Assembly (NCBI GenBank): GCA_946965045.2
Contig: OX337231.1
Location: 1,674,001-1,738,000, forward strand
Length of the DNA stretch: 64,000 nt
From: Epithemia pelagica
Lineage: Eukaryota > Protista > Bacillariophyta
Reading direction: 5' to 3'
In this document: positions 22,172-34,701 of the stretch, in pieces
Layout: every line of letters starts with the position of its first letter
Position numbering within the stretch: position 1 is the stretch's first letter
Translations under genes and position numbers: made by a program
Notes under the pieces: generated by a model
Seen by the model: only the letters and a program-made list of their open reading frames with translations
What the model was told of the DNA's origin: nothing
The model's database searches: none

Positions 22172-23017
22172 GTTGTTGTTTCGTCTTCCTTCATTCTCCT
22201 GGATTGACGACTGCTGTTGAGCTTGTCGGGAGCCTCAGTGTGGATCCACGTGGAATAAAATTTCTTAAAATTTAAAGGAAGAGGGACCGGTTTGGGGACG
22301 TTATCTGGTCCGGTAACAACTGTTTCGTGCACAATGACAGACAGCTGTTTGACACTCTCACATCCACCAATAATCCATTTTTCGCCTTCTATTTTCCGTT
22401 GTCCTAATAATATAGATGAACAGAAGAGCACATCAGTTCTCCATGGACAAAGAGTTGTGCAGTGCTACTCTTTAGTACTACTTGGGCTTTCGGATTTCAT
22501 TAGGGCTGGACTGCTGGGGAAGTCCCAATCACCGCAGGGAAACGGTGAGCCTTGATCGAAGCATTGGGTGGATTGCGTTCGAAGATCCAGTCTCGCTTAC
22601 GTACTCGTCTGAAGTCTAGACAAGAAAATGAGCCATGCGCCCATGGTTGCTGCCACGACGCCTACGGCGTCAAGAACTGACAAAAAGATGAAAACACGTG
22701 AAGCATCATCTTGTGCTGAGCAACGAATGACAGTGATGCATTGGAACAAAAGTTTTCCGATATCCTTTAAAAATGCGACATCGATGAACGAAGATCCAGA
22801 AGCTGCTGAGAAGCGACGAAAAGCTGCGACGGCGGCACGAAAGCGACGACGAAAGATCACGTCCTTTCGTCGACACAACAACAATGCTCGCTCGCTGGTA
22901 GGTTATTGATTCAAGATCGTATCAATTAGACTTTGTTTATACCGTTTCTCACCGGATACGTCCTCTCGACAGCAAAGATCTGGTGCGTCAAACAGCCCTA
23001 CATCAAACCCTCCTTCC

Positions 23018-24262
23018 ATGGCTCTTTCCGCGGCAGCTCCGAGAAATCCGACGACGGATACGCTTCAGTCATCAATTCATGGTATGGCTGATGTGAATCG
23101 ACGATTGCTGAACGAAGAAGTTGTTGCGATCCCGACTGAGTGCACATACGAAGCTTGTATTAGCTTAAGCAACTTTCGAAAAACGGAGGGAAGTAGTAGC
23201 AATCATAAAGTAACTGTATCGCCACAGGACTGGGCATACAGAATACAACAGGTTCAGCAGATCGCTTCTGCATCTACGGGTGAAGAAAGAAAAGCGGGCG
23301 CGATCTACCGCGCTCCGTACTGCTGGGTTCCACGCTCTGCGGACTGTTCCTTGTTACGATATTGCTTCCCAGTGAGCTCGTACGGTATTCGTCCTTCAAA
23401 TGGTCAAACCCGTGTAACTCATCGTTTCAACGAATCGCATGAAGTAATTCAACGACTTGCTCGCCATTTGTGGCCTGGCCCAGTGAGTTTCCATGTGGCA
23501 GTGCCAATGCTTGAAGAGAAAAGAAGTAACAATAAGGCTGTTGAAAGCAGCCACAGGTCTTCTTACTGGTCAACTCTCACATTCCCTCATCCGAGATATC
23601 ACGTAAGCTCCTCCGTTAGCGATGGTGCGTCATGTCCACACTTGACGCTTCGTTGTCCTCGCCATCCGTTAGCCATAAAAGTTTATCAAGAACATTCGAA
23701 TCGTTTGGAAAACGAAACAGCATCTGCGGAGGAAGTGAGTAATCTGCCCGAACCTGATGGAGCTAGTTTTGGCGTTCTCGTTGGATTCCCGCTTCTTAAG
23801 GAAGACTTGATCTTGTCAGACGATTCAACTAAGTTTTGCACATCTTCTCAAGATGTTCAGCGCCGGCAAAATTTTAGTGCGGGTTGTACAGTATCAGCAG
23901 TTTTAGATGGCGAGAACCATTCGGAACCGTTTGCAGTTCCAACATGTGAATACGGCCAACCATTTCAAAGTCAAGTATGGATCCACGGACCAACCAGAAC
24001 TGTTACTCTCGTCAACCGCCGTTCTGGCGGTGACAGCCAATCTTCAGCCTTGGGCACATGTGCCAACTTGTTTAGTCTGAATGCAAATGGTCAGAAAGGC
24101 CTCGACAGCGTAGCCACTCTTTCGGCTGACCGCATCAGATCATTTTTGCGCCAACGTGTGGCAAGGAGAGTTCCTCTATCAAAGGAGAAGGATCAGATCA
24201 CTCAGGCAATTTTAAGCAAATGGACTGTGATTGAAGCAACTGGGGAAAAGAGTGGGAATTGA
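23018..24262 (+). CDS. Divergent Sua5/YrdC (TsaC)-like protein
   Basis: EVVAIPTECTY, LARHLWPGPVSF and LRCPRHPLA resemble the Sua5 motifs VVAIPTETVY, FWPGPLT and R.P.HP. Other catalytic motifs are not found. Confidence 0.6.
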   Translation: MALSAAAPRNPTTDTLQSSIHGMADVNRRLLNEEVVAIPTECTYEACISLSNFRKTEGSSSNHKVTVSPQDWAYRIQQVQQIASASTGEERKAGAIYRAPYCWVPRSADCSLLRYCFPVSSYGIRPSNGQTRVTHRFNESHEVIQRLARHLWPGPVSFHVAVPMLEEKRSNNKAVESSHRSSYWSTLTFPHPRYHVSSSVSDGASCPHLTLRCPRHPLAIKVYQEHSNRLENETASAEEVSNLPEPDGASFGVLVGFPLLKEDLILSDDSTKFCTSSQDVQRRQNFSAGCTVSAVLDGENHSEPFAVPTCEYGQPFQSQVWIHGPTRTVTLVNRRSGGDSQSSALGTCANLFSLNANGQKGLDSVATLSADRIRSFLRQRVARRVPLSKEKDQITQAILSKWTVIEATGEKSGN

Positions 24263-24541
24263 AAACATATCTATCAGTTTCGCTTCGGTCACCCATTGTC
24301 GAGTTGAAGCAATCACCTATGGTCAAGTTCTACGACATTGGTTCACCGAGAGGACCACGACTTCTCGTGTAAAGAGATAACCCCTCCTATCTTAGTGTCT
24401 TTATCTTACGATAGATCAAAACAGCGATCAATGCAGCCACATGGCCAGTTCCTCACAGTGAGTTGGTTGTAGGTGTTTCCTTGTTCTGAAGTGTGATCAA
24501 GAAAGTGTTTCTAAGGACAATCCAAATGAAAGGAATCATTT

Positions 24542-25695
24542 TCAAAGCTCTTCTTTCTCGTCGTCTTCATCGTCGGCATCATACGTGGCGCGTGTTGGTG
24601 GGGATGATTTCATCTTGCGATCACCCTTGCTGACAGCAACCGGAGTGGTCTCAGGAATAGGAAAGAATGAGCTGACAATAGGGACATGCGACAAGAAGCG
24701 AGTTTGTCCACGGTTTGTCATCCAGCATCCCATCATCCAAAACACAAAGGCCGTAACGTACAAAAGTTGATTAAACCCTGATTTTTCAGCGCTTCCACCA
24801 CCTGATCCCTTTGCACCATCGACGTTCGAACGATTGTCATTCGCCGCAGACTTATACACATACTTATTCAATTCTCGCTTGGTTTGTTCCAAAGTGTTGT
24901 TAAGGATATCTCTCTCCGCAGTCAGATTCACAGAAAACGAAACAAGTTCATCATACTTCCCACGCAGATTCGTCAACTCAGAACGTAACTGATCGGTTGT
25001 CATGGAAGAGGGATCTTTTCCAGATGTCACAGGTTTGGGCATCGCTTTGCTTACTGTTTTGGTAGAAGCTGCCACTGCAGCCGCGGTCGAAGAGTCAGCC
25101 ATCACAGCGCTGCCACCTTCTTTCGCGACGAGTTTAACAGGAAGCTTCGTGTTGAACACACCATGCAAACTCGTGTTGGACATGACTTTGGTCCAGAAAT
25201 TGGACAGCTTTTCATAATCACTCGGAGTCAAGTTTTCCTCCGGTTTTACTCTACAGCTCTGAACTAAGAACTTGTCCTTGCTGGAATCCAATGCAGACTG
25301 GCCCAAGCGTTCAAAAGATTGCCATAACGTAACCTTGTCTTTCTCCACCAAAACAATTTGGATCTGCTCAGTTTGTCCCGGCTGAATCAAACCTTGGTTC
25401 GGACGTACAAGATAGCGACGGGGCTGCGTTGTCTTCACCTGTTTCGGAAATGTCAAACGTTAGACGCAGAATTCCACAACTTCGTCGTTTATACATGATG
25501 GGTGTCGGCTACCCCCGACAAACACATGCCCTAAAAAACAATATAAGCAGGACCCACCTTGAATGCAATAGGTTCACTTCGACTATCTCCAGACTCAGGG
25601 TGCTTCAAGGTGAGTATTGTCTTAGGCGTGGCTTCATCAGGCGACAACGTGAACAATAGTTCATCGTCCGGGCTTACTTCCAGACCGTCCGGCAT
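24542..25695 (-). CDS. VAP: VAMP-associated protein (MSP domain, coiled coil, C-terminal TM); exons 25695-25558, 25438-24542
   Basis: IAFK|VKTTQPRRYLVRPNQGLIQPG...KDKFLVQS MSP signature, coiled coil LRGKYDELVSFSVNLTAERD, and TM LLYVTAFVFWMMG. Confidence 0.92.
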
Positions 25696-25880
25696 CTTGG
25701 TTGTTGTTTGTTGTTGGGTTTTCTTGGACTCAAAAGATAGAAAGCAGATGAAGCCGCACGCCGGATTTCGCCGTTGCTGTTCGCTTGCCGCTTGCCGCTT
25801 CTCACTTTCTCGCGTCCACCCACAAAAAAGATCTCTCGGAGTCACGAATGTGAATCAACTCTGCCTACTATCTACTCCTA

Positions 25881-26282
25881 CTATTTTACTCCTCTATCTA
25901 CTCCTTTGACTTCTCGAATGTCGATTTTAGGAACAACATAAGGATACTGGTGACTGAGTCGCACGTTCAGTAGAAGACTGCTGCCGACTCTATTTTTCTC
26001 AATTTCAAGCGGCCGAACAACAACTTGTAGCGAGGCATACCCATTCACGCCACCCTTTACTGCAACAGAAAAGTCATCACCGTAGACGGCTCGCAAGACT
26101 GTCTCCTCATCGCCTCTCAGCGTTGATAGATCTTCGAAAGAAGGAATATCTACGTAAGCAGTCGAAGTCGGCTCTTCTATCTGGCTATTTTTTCTTTCTG
26201 AATTCAGTACGTTGCTATTGCTGCTTTCTTCATCGCTGCCACTGGAATCACTTTCCCCAAGGACGCCATAGAAACCTGACAT
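25881..26282 (-). pseudogene. RWD-domain-only ORF (133 aa), resembling a truncated GCN2-type N-terminus
   Basis: DEETVLRAVYGDDF...LNVRLSHQYPYVVPKI is an RWD with a YPxxxP motif. The ORF stops before the RWD terminal helices, inside AGGAGTA-rich sequence. Confidence 0.55.
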
Positions 26283-27378
26283 GATGAACGTCCTTATCTG
26301 GAATCAAGACACTTCTCTCGCGACGCAACCCATCTCGATCTCTCGCCCATCGTCAAGCGTCACTGTATTTTCTGTCACAAACCGAAGTAGCGCGACCGCG
26401 AACCGCGACTACATGTTATGGTAAACTCCATCTCCCCATAATTCGTGAGTCCATTTTTCGCTTAAGAAACTCACGATCCATACCATCCGGTAGTAATTCT
26501 GCAGAGGATAATTCGTGACTGATCCAGGAATCTTCTAGGAGTAGCTGAGGAGGACTATGGGAGTAACCAGCCTCTACTCCTATGTCCGATGCTATTACTC
26601 CTACTCCTCTAGATAGTGCGGCTAGCTGAAACTACCTCTAGGTCTAGGAGTATGAAGGAGATCCCTCGTCGAGATACTCTACCTAGTGGGAGTACTTCTA
26701 CTCTAGGAGTAGACTTGGAACTTGGAAGAAGCAGTGTAAACTTTCCTATCCGTACCTAGAGGATACTTAGTAAGTCGAAGATCTAACACTTCGGAATCCC
26801 TCTACAAGTGAAGACCAACTGCCTATTGTAAGCTTGATAAGAGCAGTTCTTTGGTACAGCAAGGAAGATCAGAAAGGCTCGCCGCAGTGTATCCCGGCAT
26901 TTACCGCAAGGTGAGAACATTTTCTTGTCAAAACATCACGTTGATCACAGGTCACAAAAAATGCACGCTATGTCGAAGGAACATTATGCTTGCATCCAAG
27001 CGAGGGGAGCGTACATCGCGGAAAAACTTTCCTATAGCAATGGTTCATTCATTTCACTCAGGAGGCCATTATGGCCAAGATCGGTCAGGACAAAGCACGG
27101 GAACCTAAAACATAATATGTATCTACCTCCTAGCATAAGGGTGAGTCCAGGATGATCGTGCTTAACAGAAAGACCGACTCGAATTGCCGTCAGGGAGTGA
27201 AGCTCTCCGGGCGTCTGTCCTGCTACTGCATCATTCTCTTCTATCCCAAGCAGACTCCAACCGCCTTGCCAACTGCCGATCGACCACATGATTTTTCTAC
27301 ATCTGTTGTGTACTCGTTTCTCTTCTGAATCCATACACCTCCTATCCTGAAACCAAACTAAACAAGGCCTCCGTAAAC

Positions 27379-29069
27379 ATGCTAGTTCTCTTCGAAACTC
27401 CGGCGGGATATTCCATTTTTAAGGTAAATAAAACTTCGTTCATCAGATAAGCATTCCATATTTCACAGCTCATCGATCCCATACTGTTGTTGGTTACCAA
27501 CTTTGCTCACAAAAATGAAAGGTTTCCAATGAGAAAAAGCTCCAGAAAACCGATGCGGAAGATATTTTCGAGTCATTCTTTGCGGATGAGAAGAAGGCCA
27601 CAAAGAACTTGGAGCTTCATTCGTTCCAAGCATTTGCCGACACTGCAGACGCTGTAGCTGCTGCCAGTGCCACATTGGAAGGAAAGGTGTCGTCTCAACT
27701 CCAGGCATTTCTAAAAAAGAAGCGAAAAATAGTGGATAACGAGATGCTAGCAGTGGCAGACAAAAGTCTTGCCGTTTCCCTGAAAGAGAGTGAGATACTT
27801 TCAAACCTCAAAATTGTACATGACAACAAAACACAAGAACTATTTCGAGGTGTTCGACAGTACATGGGCGAACTATTTGATGCGAGTGATGAGGGGATCA
27901 GTGCAGATGACATCAAAGCAATGCAGTTGGGGTTGTCTCATTCATTGTCACGGTACAAACTGAAGTTTAGCGCGGATAAAGTCGACACGATGGTCATACA
28001 AGCTGTTGGTCTTTTGGACGAGCTTGACAAGGAAATTAACACATATGCCATGCGTGTGAAAGAGTGGTACGGATGGCACTTTCCTGAACTTCAAGGAATT
28101 GTGGGCGACAATGCTTCTTATGCGAAACTCGTTCTTGAGTGTGGATTGCGACCTAATTTTGCGGGGAAGGATTTGTCGAGCATCTTAGAGGACGAAACGA
28201 TCGAAGCATCGGTTAAAGAATCCGCAGAGATCTCGATGGGTACGGAGATTGCGGAACTTGACATTATCAACATCCAATCTTTGGCTGATCAGGTTCTGAG
28301 CATGACGGAATATCGCTCTCAGTTGTTTGAGTATCTGAAAAATCGAATGAACGCCATTGCTCCCAACCTTACTGTGCTGGTTGGCGAACTAGTTGGAGCA
28401 AGATTGATAGCCCATGCTGGATCACTAATGAACTTGGCAAAACAGCCAGCTAGTACTGTTCAAATATTGGGTGCTGAAAAGGCCCTTTTTCGAGCTTTGA
28501 AGACAAAGCATGCGACGCCAAAGTATGGACTAATATATCATGCAAGCTTGATTGGACAGGCGGCCCCAAAGAATAAAGGAAAGATTTCTCGAGTGCTTGC
28601 CGCAAAGGCGGCTCTAGCGATCCGGGTGGATGCCCTAACGGACGAAGCGGATGGAGATGCTGTTGACACATCAATTGGATATGAAGGCAGGGCAAAAGTG
28701 GAAGCTCGACTAAGGCAGCTCGAAGGTGGAACCTTCGCCTCCTCCACAAGCAATCTTACAGCGAAGAAGGTTGCTAAATATGATCCAGTAGCAGCCAAGA
28801 TGCCTTCGACACCCGGGTACAACGACGCAAGTGATATGGTTTTGGATGTAGGAAATGGAAAGGACGAGAAGGAAGACGTTGAGGAGAACGGGAAAAAGGA
28901 CAAGAAACAAAAGAAACGCAAGGCGGAAACTCAGGAAGATGAGGAGGGAAACGAGAACAGCAAGAGTGACAAGAAGAAAAAGAAGAAACGCAAGTCTGAG
29001 GGTGGGGAAGAAGACGAAGCAAAACAAGCAAAGAAGGCCAAAAAGTTGGCCAAGAAAAAGAAATCATAA
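27379..29069 (+). CDS. NOP58: Nucleolar protein 58 (box C/D snoRNP); exons 27379-27423, 27522-29069
   Basis: MLVLFETPAGYSIFK|VSNEKKL N-terminus (NOP58-type), LGLSHSLSRYKLKFS, EWYGWHFPEL, STVQILGAEKALFRAL, and a KKE-rich tail. Confidence 0.95.
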
Positions 29070-29431
29070 TAACTTTGACGTAATGATTACCAACGTGCGG
29101 GGAGAATGGATGACGGAGGACAGAGTGGTCCCACTACCTCTCCTTCAATGATAAATCTCGAATCTCAAAGAGATTTTCTAAAAACTTAGGTACGCTTCAG
29201 GAAAGAATAGAGAATGCAGATTGGTAATTGGCACCACGGATTGATGACCACATACGCACCGTCCACAGAGCATTGGATCGAATGTAGCTCGGCAGCAAAT
29301 ACCAAATTAAACCTCATCAACGAACCAAAATTCTTATCTTCCAGAAACAGCAAGTTACACGAACATAGGGAGTCCAGAACAAAGTAAAATCTGAAGTCCA
29401 CAAAAATAAACCCTCCCACGGGCCATCAATG

Positions 29432-30069
29432 TTATCTGGTTGAGTTTCGGAAGAGCTGGACTGAATAGAGAAGTCCGTCCTCTCCAAGCACTGTGCCCGT
29501 CCCCATTTCATCAAATTTGGGAGACATCTGTATGTGAAACAAAGTGCGGGGAAAATTGTAATGCAATTGATTGAACATGAGGTGAAGCATAAAAAGTCTC
29601 AAATTCTCTTAAATCTGGTTTCGGCTTGCGAACTGTTGGCCATCTCCTCTTTCACGATAGAATGGCAACTCACCATATTTACCCGATTTGCGGATTTCTT
29701 GCTCAGCATTATTGAAGCATGCATGTCCGTCGCATTCTTTCCCCTGTGAATGTTCTCTCCAACGATGCTGGATCCAAGTAATTCTTGCAGCAATGTGGTT
29801 GATGTCACTGAGTGCTGTAAAACCATTAACCTTGCCATACGTCTTGCATGGGCTCTCGCCTGAGAATCAAGAGCTTCACATCTTTTCAGTAAAGGGATTC
29901 CTCTGCTGACCCTGGCTTGTTCAATGAGTAGGGAAGTTTCCTTATCAAGATCTTCGGCATCTGCAAAAGGGACGCGAGCAAATGGAACAATTCGATCCTC
30001 CGGGATTGTAAGAAGCGAGCGGAAAGAGGACCGTGAGGGTCGACGTTGAGCTGCAACAGCAACGGACAT
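29432..30069 (-). CDS. CAP/SCP-domain protein; exons 30069-29674, 29527-29432
   Basis: ARAHARRMA...QHS...VGENIHRG...|SPKFDEMGTGTVLGEDGLLYSVQLFR is the CAP pattern. Confidence 0.82.
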
Positions 30070-30802
30070 GTTGTAGGTGCAGTATTTCTCAATCTATGGA
30101 TTCAACGATTCTGGACGCAAATTTAGTTGTGGTGGCGGCAACAACCATCAGGTAGCTGACGACACAACAACAAATGATCTTGTTACTTCCAATATTTCTT
30201 TAGTTTTCAGCTTCGATAATCCTTCATGGAGGAAACGCAAAAATCGCTCATCTCTCGCTGCCTGAAGTTAGTACTATTTCGACCATAGAAAATCATTTGT
30301 CATTTGATGGCACGACAGTGGTTAGCTATCCCTCTATTCCCAAGAGCCAAGAGGTGGGAGTATTACCTTAGTCGATTATTAAACAAGAAGGAACAAAAAA
30401 TACGAGAACGCTTCTCCTTCTCATCCTAACGGTGAGAAAAGGGTGAGACTGAGACACATAGAGGATGCCGAGGGAAGGAGCAGGGAGGCCTAATCTAGCT
30501 GAGAAGAACAAGGCGTCGATCAGCGATGCACATTGGGGTCAAATCTATTATAAGAACTGCATGGATGACACCTATCATGGCACACGAAAGCACCTGAACG
30601 ACCTAGGTAGACGTTTACAAACTATGATTTGTCTGTAATTACTCGGCTTCTTCTTCATGCACAGGAGATCGCGAAAGGGGGGAGATCATGCCATGATCAA
30701 AACGAGTTCATCGAATCGGTCAAATCAGCCATTCGCTTTGTCCACTGGAGAAAGTGACGGGGGTTGGTGGATATCAGCAGGCCGGTGCTCCTTCGAAATA
30801 TG

Positions 30803-33664
30803 TCAATTCCATGGACCCTCCAACCTCAGTTTGACATCAATCGGAGGCTTATCTCTGCAATAAATGGTAACCTTGATCTTGGCAAAGATTTGAATGTGTA
30901 TTGACTTCCAGGAAGTGTCAGTTTGCTTTTTACTGTCCAAAATAATCCCAGGCCCAGGTCCCACGGACTCCGCCAGTTCTCTGTCATCTGGAGTTCTATA
31001 CGACAAAACATCCTTGTGTTCGTCGAGATAGAGCAAACCTGAAACCCCGACGCTTGGACAGAACACAGTGAATGCAGAAGCTCCAACAGAAAGCACCACA
31101 CCCATCTCCCCGGATAGCGGATGCGACCTCACATACAACGACAAGAAGACACGGTCGCATCTTTCCTGTGCTATCTTGCTGGCCATGCGCTTGGCGTTAC
31201 AATGACGACAAATTTCAGTGATTCCTTCTTGTGAAAGCTCGAATTTGGTAACCGATTCATCAAAAGTCGCTTGCAAAAGTCGATGGACAATTACATCTGG
31301 ATAACGTCGAATAGGGCTCGTGAAATGAGTGTAATAGGGAATGTTGAGTGCGAAGTGTTTCCAATGCGCCGGTGACAATGAACCTGCCACAAAATAGTTT
31401 GCTGGTTGCATCGGGGCCATGAGCATTTGCGTCACGGACATAAGGACAAGGGGATCGTCGCATTCCTGTTTTAGTCTGCAGAGGGAGTCGTGCAAAGCCT
31501 GACTTGTATGAATATCAATATCAAAGCCTATTGCTGCCTTGGCTACATCCGCCACTTTGTCTAGTCCCTCTTCGAGGGGCTCTGGATGTTGTCGCAACAA
31601 GGCACGCCCTTTCGCATGCGTGATCAGCCGCTGTGCAACTAGATAGTTCGCCAGCAGCATGTACTCTTCTACAAGTCTGTTGGAGTCGCGGAAAGGATAT
31701 GGAGCTGCGAGCAAGGGGGTCTGTCCATCTTTGTCCAACTGGAAAGTCAGTTTTATGCCATTGAGGGCCAAGGCACCATTGTCAAATCTCAATTTTCGAC
31801 GTGCCATTGCTACCTTGTGCAACAGAAGCACGTCTGCCGCCACTTCAGCCATTGTATGTGCGCCAGACGGACGTCGACTTGCTGGCCACATTTTTTCGTT
31901 AACGTCACTACTGTCCTCAAGATTTCCGACCTTGCCTTCAATGATATTCTGGGCTGTCGCATAGTCAAGCCGGGCGCATGATTTGATAACGGAACGACCA
32001 TACCACACATGTTCTTTTCCATTGGATTTTGGTAACGTTCCATCCAAGTTCATTCTCCAGACACATGAAAATGCAAGCCTCTCCGTGTTCTCGTTTAAAC
32101 TGCATGCAATCTCACACAGGGATCGTGGCAACATGGGTATTGTCCGGTCTACAAGGTAGACTGTGGTCGCTCGTCGCTGGGCTTCTTGGTCCACTGGCGT
32201 ATTGGGTCGGCAAAAGAAGGACACATCGGCAATGTGTACGCCAATTTCCACTTGGTTCAAATCTGGTAAGAATGAAATGTGCAAGGCATCGTCCAAATCT
32301 TTGGCCGTGGTGGGATCGATGGTAAATATCCGTTGCTGACGATAGTCTCGCCGTCCTTTGTACATGTTCTCTGTGGGTTTCCAACCCATGTCACCATCGG
32401 GTGTCTGGTAGACTCCGGATCTTACTGCATCTTCGACATGTTGCAGGACTTCAGTTGGGTGGTCTCCATGGTCGACTTTATTCTCAACTAAAAGAGCCAT
32501 GATTTCATCTTCTACACGACAGGATTCGCCCAACTTTGTGACATTTGTGCAAGGTGGCCATTGATGTGTTTCAGCCCAATCACCATGTGTGTAAGTTGCC
32601 TGATACAACATGCGCTCAACCTCGTCCTTTTCATGGGCCTTGTCCTCACCGTTGATTTGTTCTTTGATCGTTTTGGTGAAATTGGACGGACATAGAAACT
32701 GCGGTAGACTTCGGTTGAGTGGGGTTAGCAAAGTTGTTCCAGATTGCAAGATCTTCAAAGAGCCAACAATACGTCGTTGAGATGAAGCAGCCTTTTGTTT
32801 ATCATCTCCCGATAATTCCGATCCAAATCGCTGAGGAGAAACAATGCAAACAACCTTCCCCTGATACTGCGGCTGGGTAACCTTCCCCTGATACTGCGGC
32901 TGGGTTTCCTTTGAGGATCGCGGCGAGCGGTCACGTTTCGGTATCGACACCTGTGGATTCCACAAACTCATTTGCAGGAGGTCATCTTGCCAGGTAGATT
33001 CGTTGCTACTTTCGCGACTGGTGACTGACAACTGCTTCATTTGTCTTTCTGGAATCGTCTGGTCTTCTGGTGCCATGACAATATTGTCTCCGGCATCTTC
33101 TTCACTGACCGCATGGTCCACGTCTCCGACCGGACCACTCAGTTGGACAAATACGATATCGCCATCCATGGCCCGATTACGCGCGACGTTGTCGGCAATC
33201 AGAACATCTTTGGTGTAGTGGCCATGATCACAGGATACAAATGCCGGCAATCTCTCGTTGTTTCCGGGTAGTGCCCGTAGTTTCCCTCGAATTAAGGTTG
33301 GTCGTCGTTGATTGGCCAGACCCACTTGGTGAATGTAGTCCATATGCTGGCGCGTGTACTCGCTCAAGACCTCGTTGTATTTTTTGTGGGGAGGATACCG
33401 AGCAGGCTTGTTATTGGTTCTTTGGCCATTGATTCGACCCGAGCTTTTTCCACTGGTTCTCGCATTGTTGGTTCCTCGAGCTTGCCGTTCCGTCTTTGGG
33501 TTGAAACCTGTGGCGCCATTCTTGCCCGTCTCTCTCAAAGCGTCCGATGATTGCTCTGTCGGGCCTGATGCGCCTCCCGATGTCTCTCCGTCACTCTCCT
33601 TTCGTGTTGCTGTTCTTTTCTTTCCAGAACTTTTCGTATGGTTCGATCCAAGTTGACTCGACAT
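30803..33664 (-). CDS. DIS3L2: DIS3-like exonuclease 2 (RNB family 3'-5' exoribonuclease)
   Basis: FTIDPTTAKDLDDALH, IGVHIADVS, TTVYLV, LVEEYMLLAN, YTHFTSPIRRYPD. No PIN domain; cold-shock-type N-terminus (RNRAMDGDIVFV). Confidence 0.9.
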   Translation of the reverse strand: MSSQLGSNHTKSSGKKRTATRKESDGETSGGASGPTEQSSDALRETGKNGATGFNPKTERQARGTNNARTSGKSSGRINGQRTNNKPARYPPHKKYNEVLSEYTRQHMDYIHQVGLANQRRPTLIRGKLRALPGNNERLPAFVSCDHGHYTKDVLIADNVARNRAMDGDIVFVQLSGPVGDVDHAVSEEDAGDNIVMAPEDQTIPERQMKQLSVTSRESSNESTWQDDLLQMSLWNPQVSIPKRDRSPRSSKETQPQYQGKVTQPQYQGKVVCIVSPQRFGSELSGDDKQKAASSQRRIVGSLKILQSGTTLLTPLNRSLPQFLCPSNFTKTIKEQINGEDKAHEKDEVERMLYQATYTHGDWAETHQWPPCTNVTKLGESCRVEDEIMALLVENKVDHGDHPTEVLQHVEDAVRSGVYQTPDGDMGWKPTENMYKGRRDYRQQRIFTIDPTTAKDLDDALHISFLPDLNQVEIGVHIADVSFFCRPNTPVDQEAQRRATTVYLVDRTIPMLPRSLCEIACSLNENTERLAFSCVWRMNLDGTLPKSNGKEHVWYGRSVIKSCARLDYATAQNIIEGKVGNLEDSSDVNEKMWPASRRPSGAHTMAEVAADVLLLHKVAMARRKLRFDNGALALNGIKLTFQLDKDGQTPLLAAPYPFRDSNRLVEEYMLLANYLVAQRLITHAKGRALLRQHPEPLEEGLDKVADVAKAAIGFDIDIHTSQALHDSLCRLKQECDDPLVLMSVTQMLMAPMQPANYFVAGSLSPAHWKHFALNIPYYTHFTSPIRRYPDVIVHRLLQATFDESVTKFELSQEGITEICRHCNAKRMASKIAQERCDRVFLSLYVRSHPLSGEMGVVLSVGASAFTVFCPSVGVSGLLYLDEHKDVLSYRTPDDRELAESVGPGPGIILDSKKQTDTSWKSIHIQIFAKIKVTIYCRDKPPIDVKLRLEGPWN

Positions 33665-34701
33665 GGCGAGGATCACTTTGACTTTTATCTATTCCCTCCG
33701 ATTGCGGGGGTACCTCCCGTCTGCTGTCCATACGGTTATTCTCAAATTTTCCTAAAAAATGTTAAAATTATTTCTGTCAAATTTCTTTCGATTTAGCACA
33801 TTATTATAACGTCCAAGCCAACTGTAATAACTGGCTTCGCCCTTTTATGTAGCCGCTTCCGCTCATGCATGACCGTGAGCCGTGAGACTTGACGAGACAT
33901 GGACAAAGAAATCTACAAGCCCATTTTGTACTCAATAGTCTATTGTTTCAGAAGCGAGTACTCTTTACGCAGTAGTGGATCTAGCTTCACGGAATCATCA
34001 CACACACACACACACCAAACCATGAAATACACACACATGGTGCAATGCACCTCTAGAGGAGTATCAAAACAAGCTCCTGGCACTTTGTCTATGGGAAAGA
34101 TAAAAGCATAGTCCTCTACTAATTCAGGTTTCCTGCTTCCTGGGCTTACATACCCCATGATGACGCTGTCAACCAGTGCACTGGTTGATTGTTCATTGCA
34201 CTGGTGGATTGTGATGTTTCATGTTGTCATCCTTCCTTTGATGCATTCCACCTTCACTTGTGATCTAGGTGGATGGTTTTGACCAAAGAGTTGTCACTTT
34301 GGTCGTTCGTCCGGCTGGGTGGTTTTCTTTTGGTTTTTGGTGTGCTCACTGCTCATGGTCGTCTTTTGTGGTGTTGCTCGAAAAGTGAGACGATTCTTGG
34401 CCCCATGTGCCAGCAATACAAGGCGTGACCGGCGCGTCGATTTCGAGCGATCGAAGGGAGGCTGGCGATATCACCCGGCTGGCGCTTTGGGAAAAAATAC
34501 GAGACAATTTTTTTCCATTCGGATGACGGACGAACAAAGGTACCCCCCCAATCGCACCCTTTTGGTCAACAAACAAAGATCTGAAAAATGTGTGTTGTGA
34601 CGGACAGACGACATGCCGCGTCGAAAACCAATCAACAAAATTTGCTTCCATTTTCCATTCCCTCGTCATCAGGTCTTCCCTCCAGAGAGAAGGCAACCAC
34701 C

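Noticed and set aside
22168-22909. Overlapping 87-95 aa ORFs on both strands
   Set aside because: No motif, and the frames conflict. A small gene is possible but unsupported.
26851-27334. Possible snoRNA or small gene upstream of NOP58; also NOP58 and fibrillarin introns scanned for C/D boxes
   Set aside because: No properly spaced RTGATGA...CTGA pair with terminal stem was seen, and the ORFs lack features.
33998-34016. (CA)n microsatellite
   Set aside because: Short, ordinary simple repeat.
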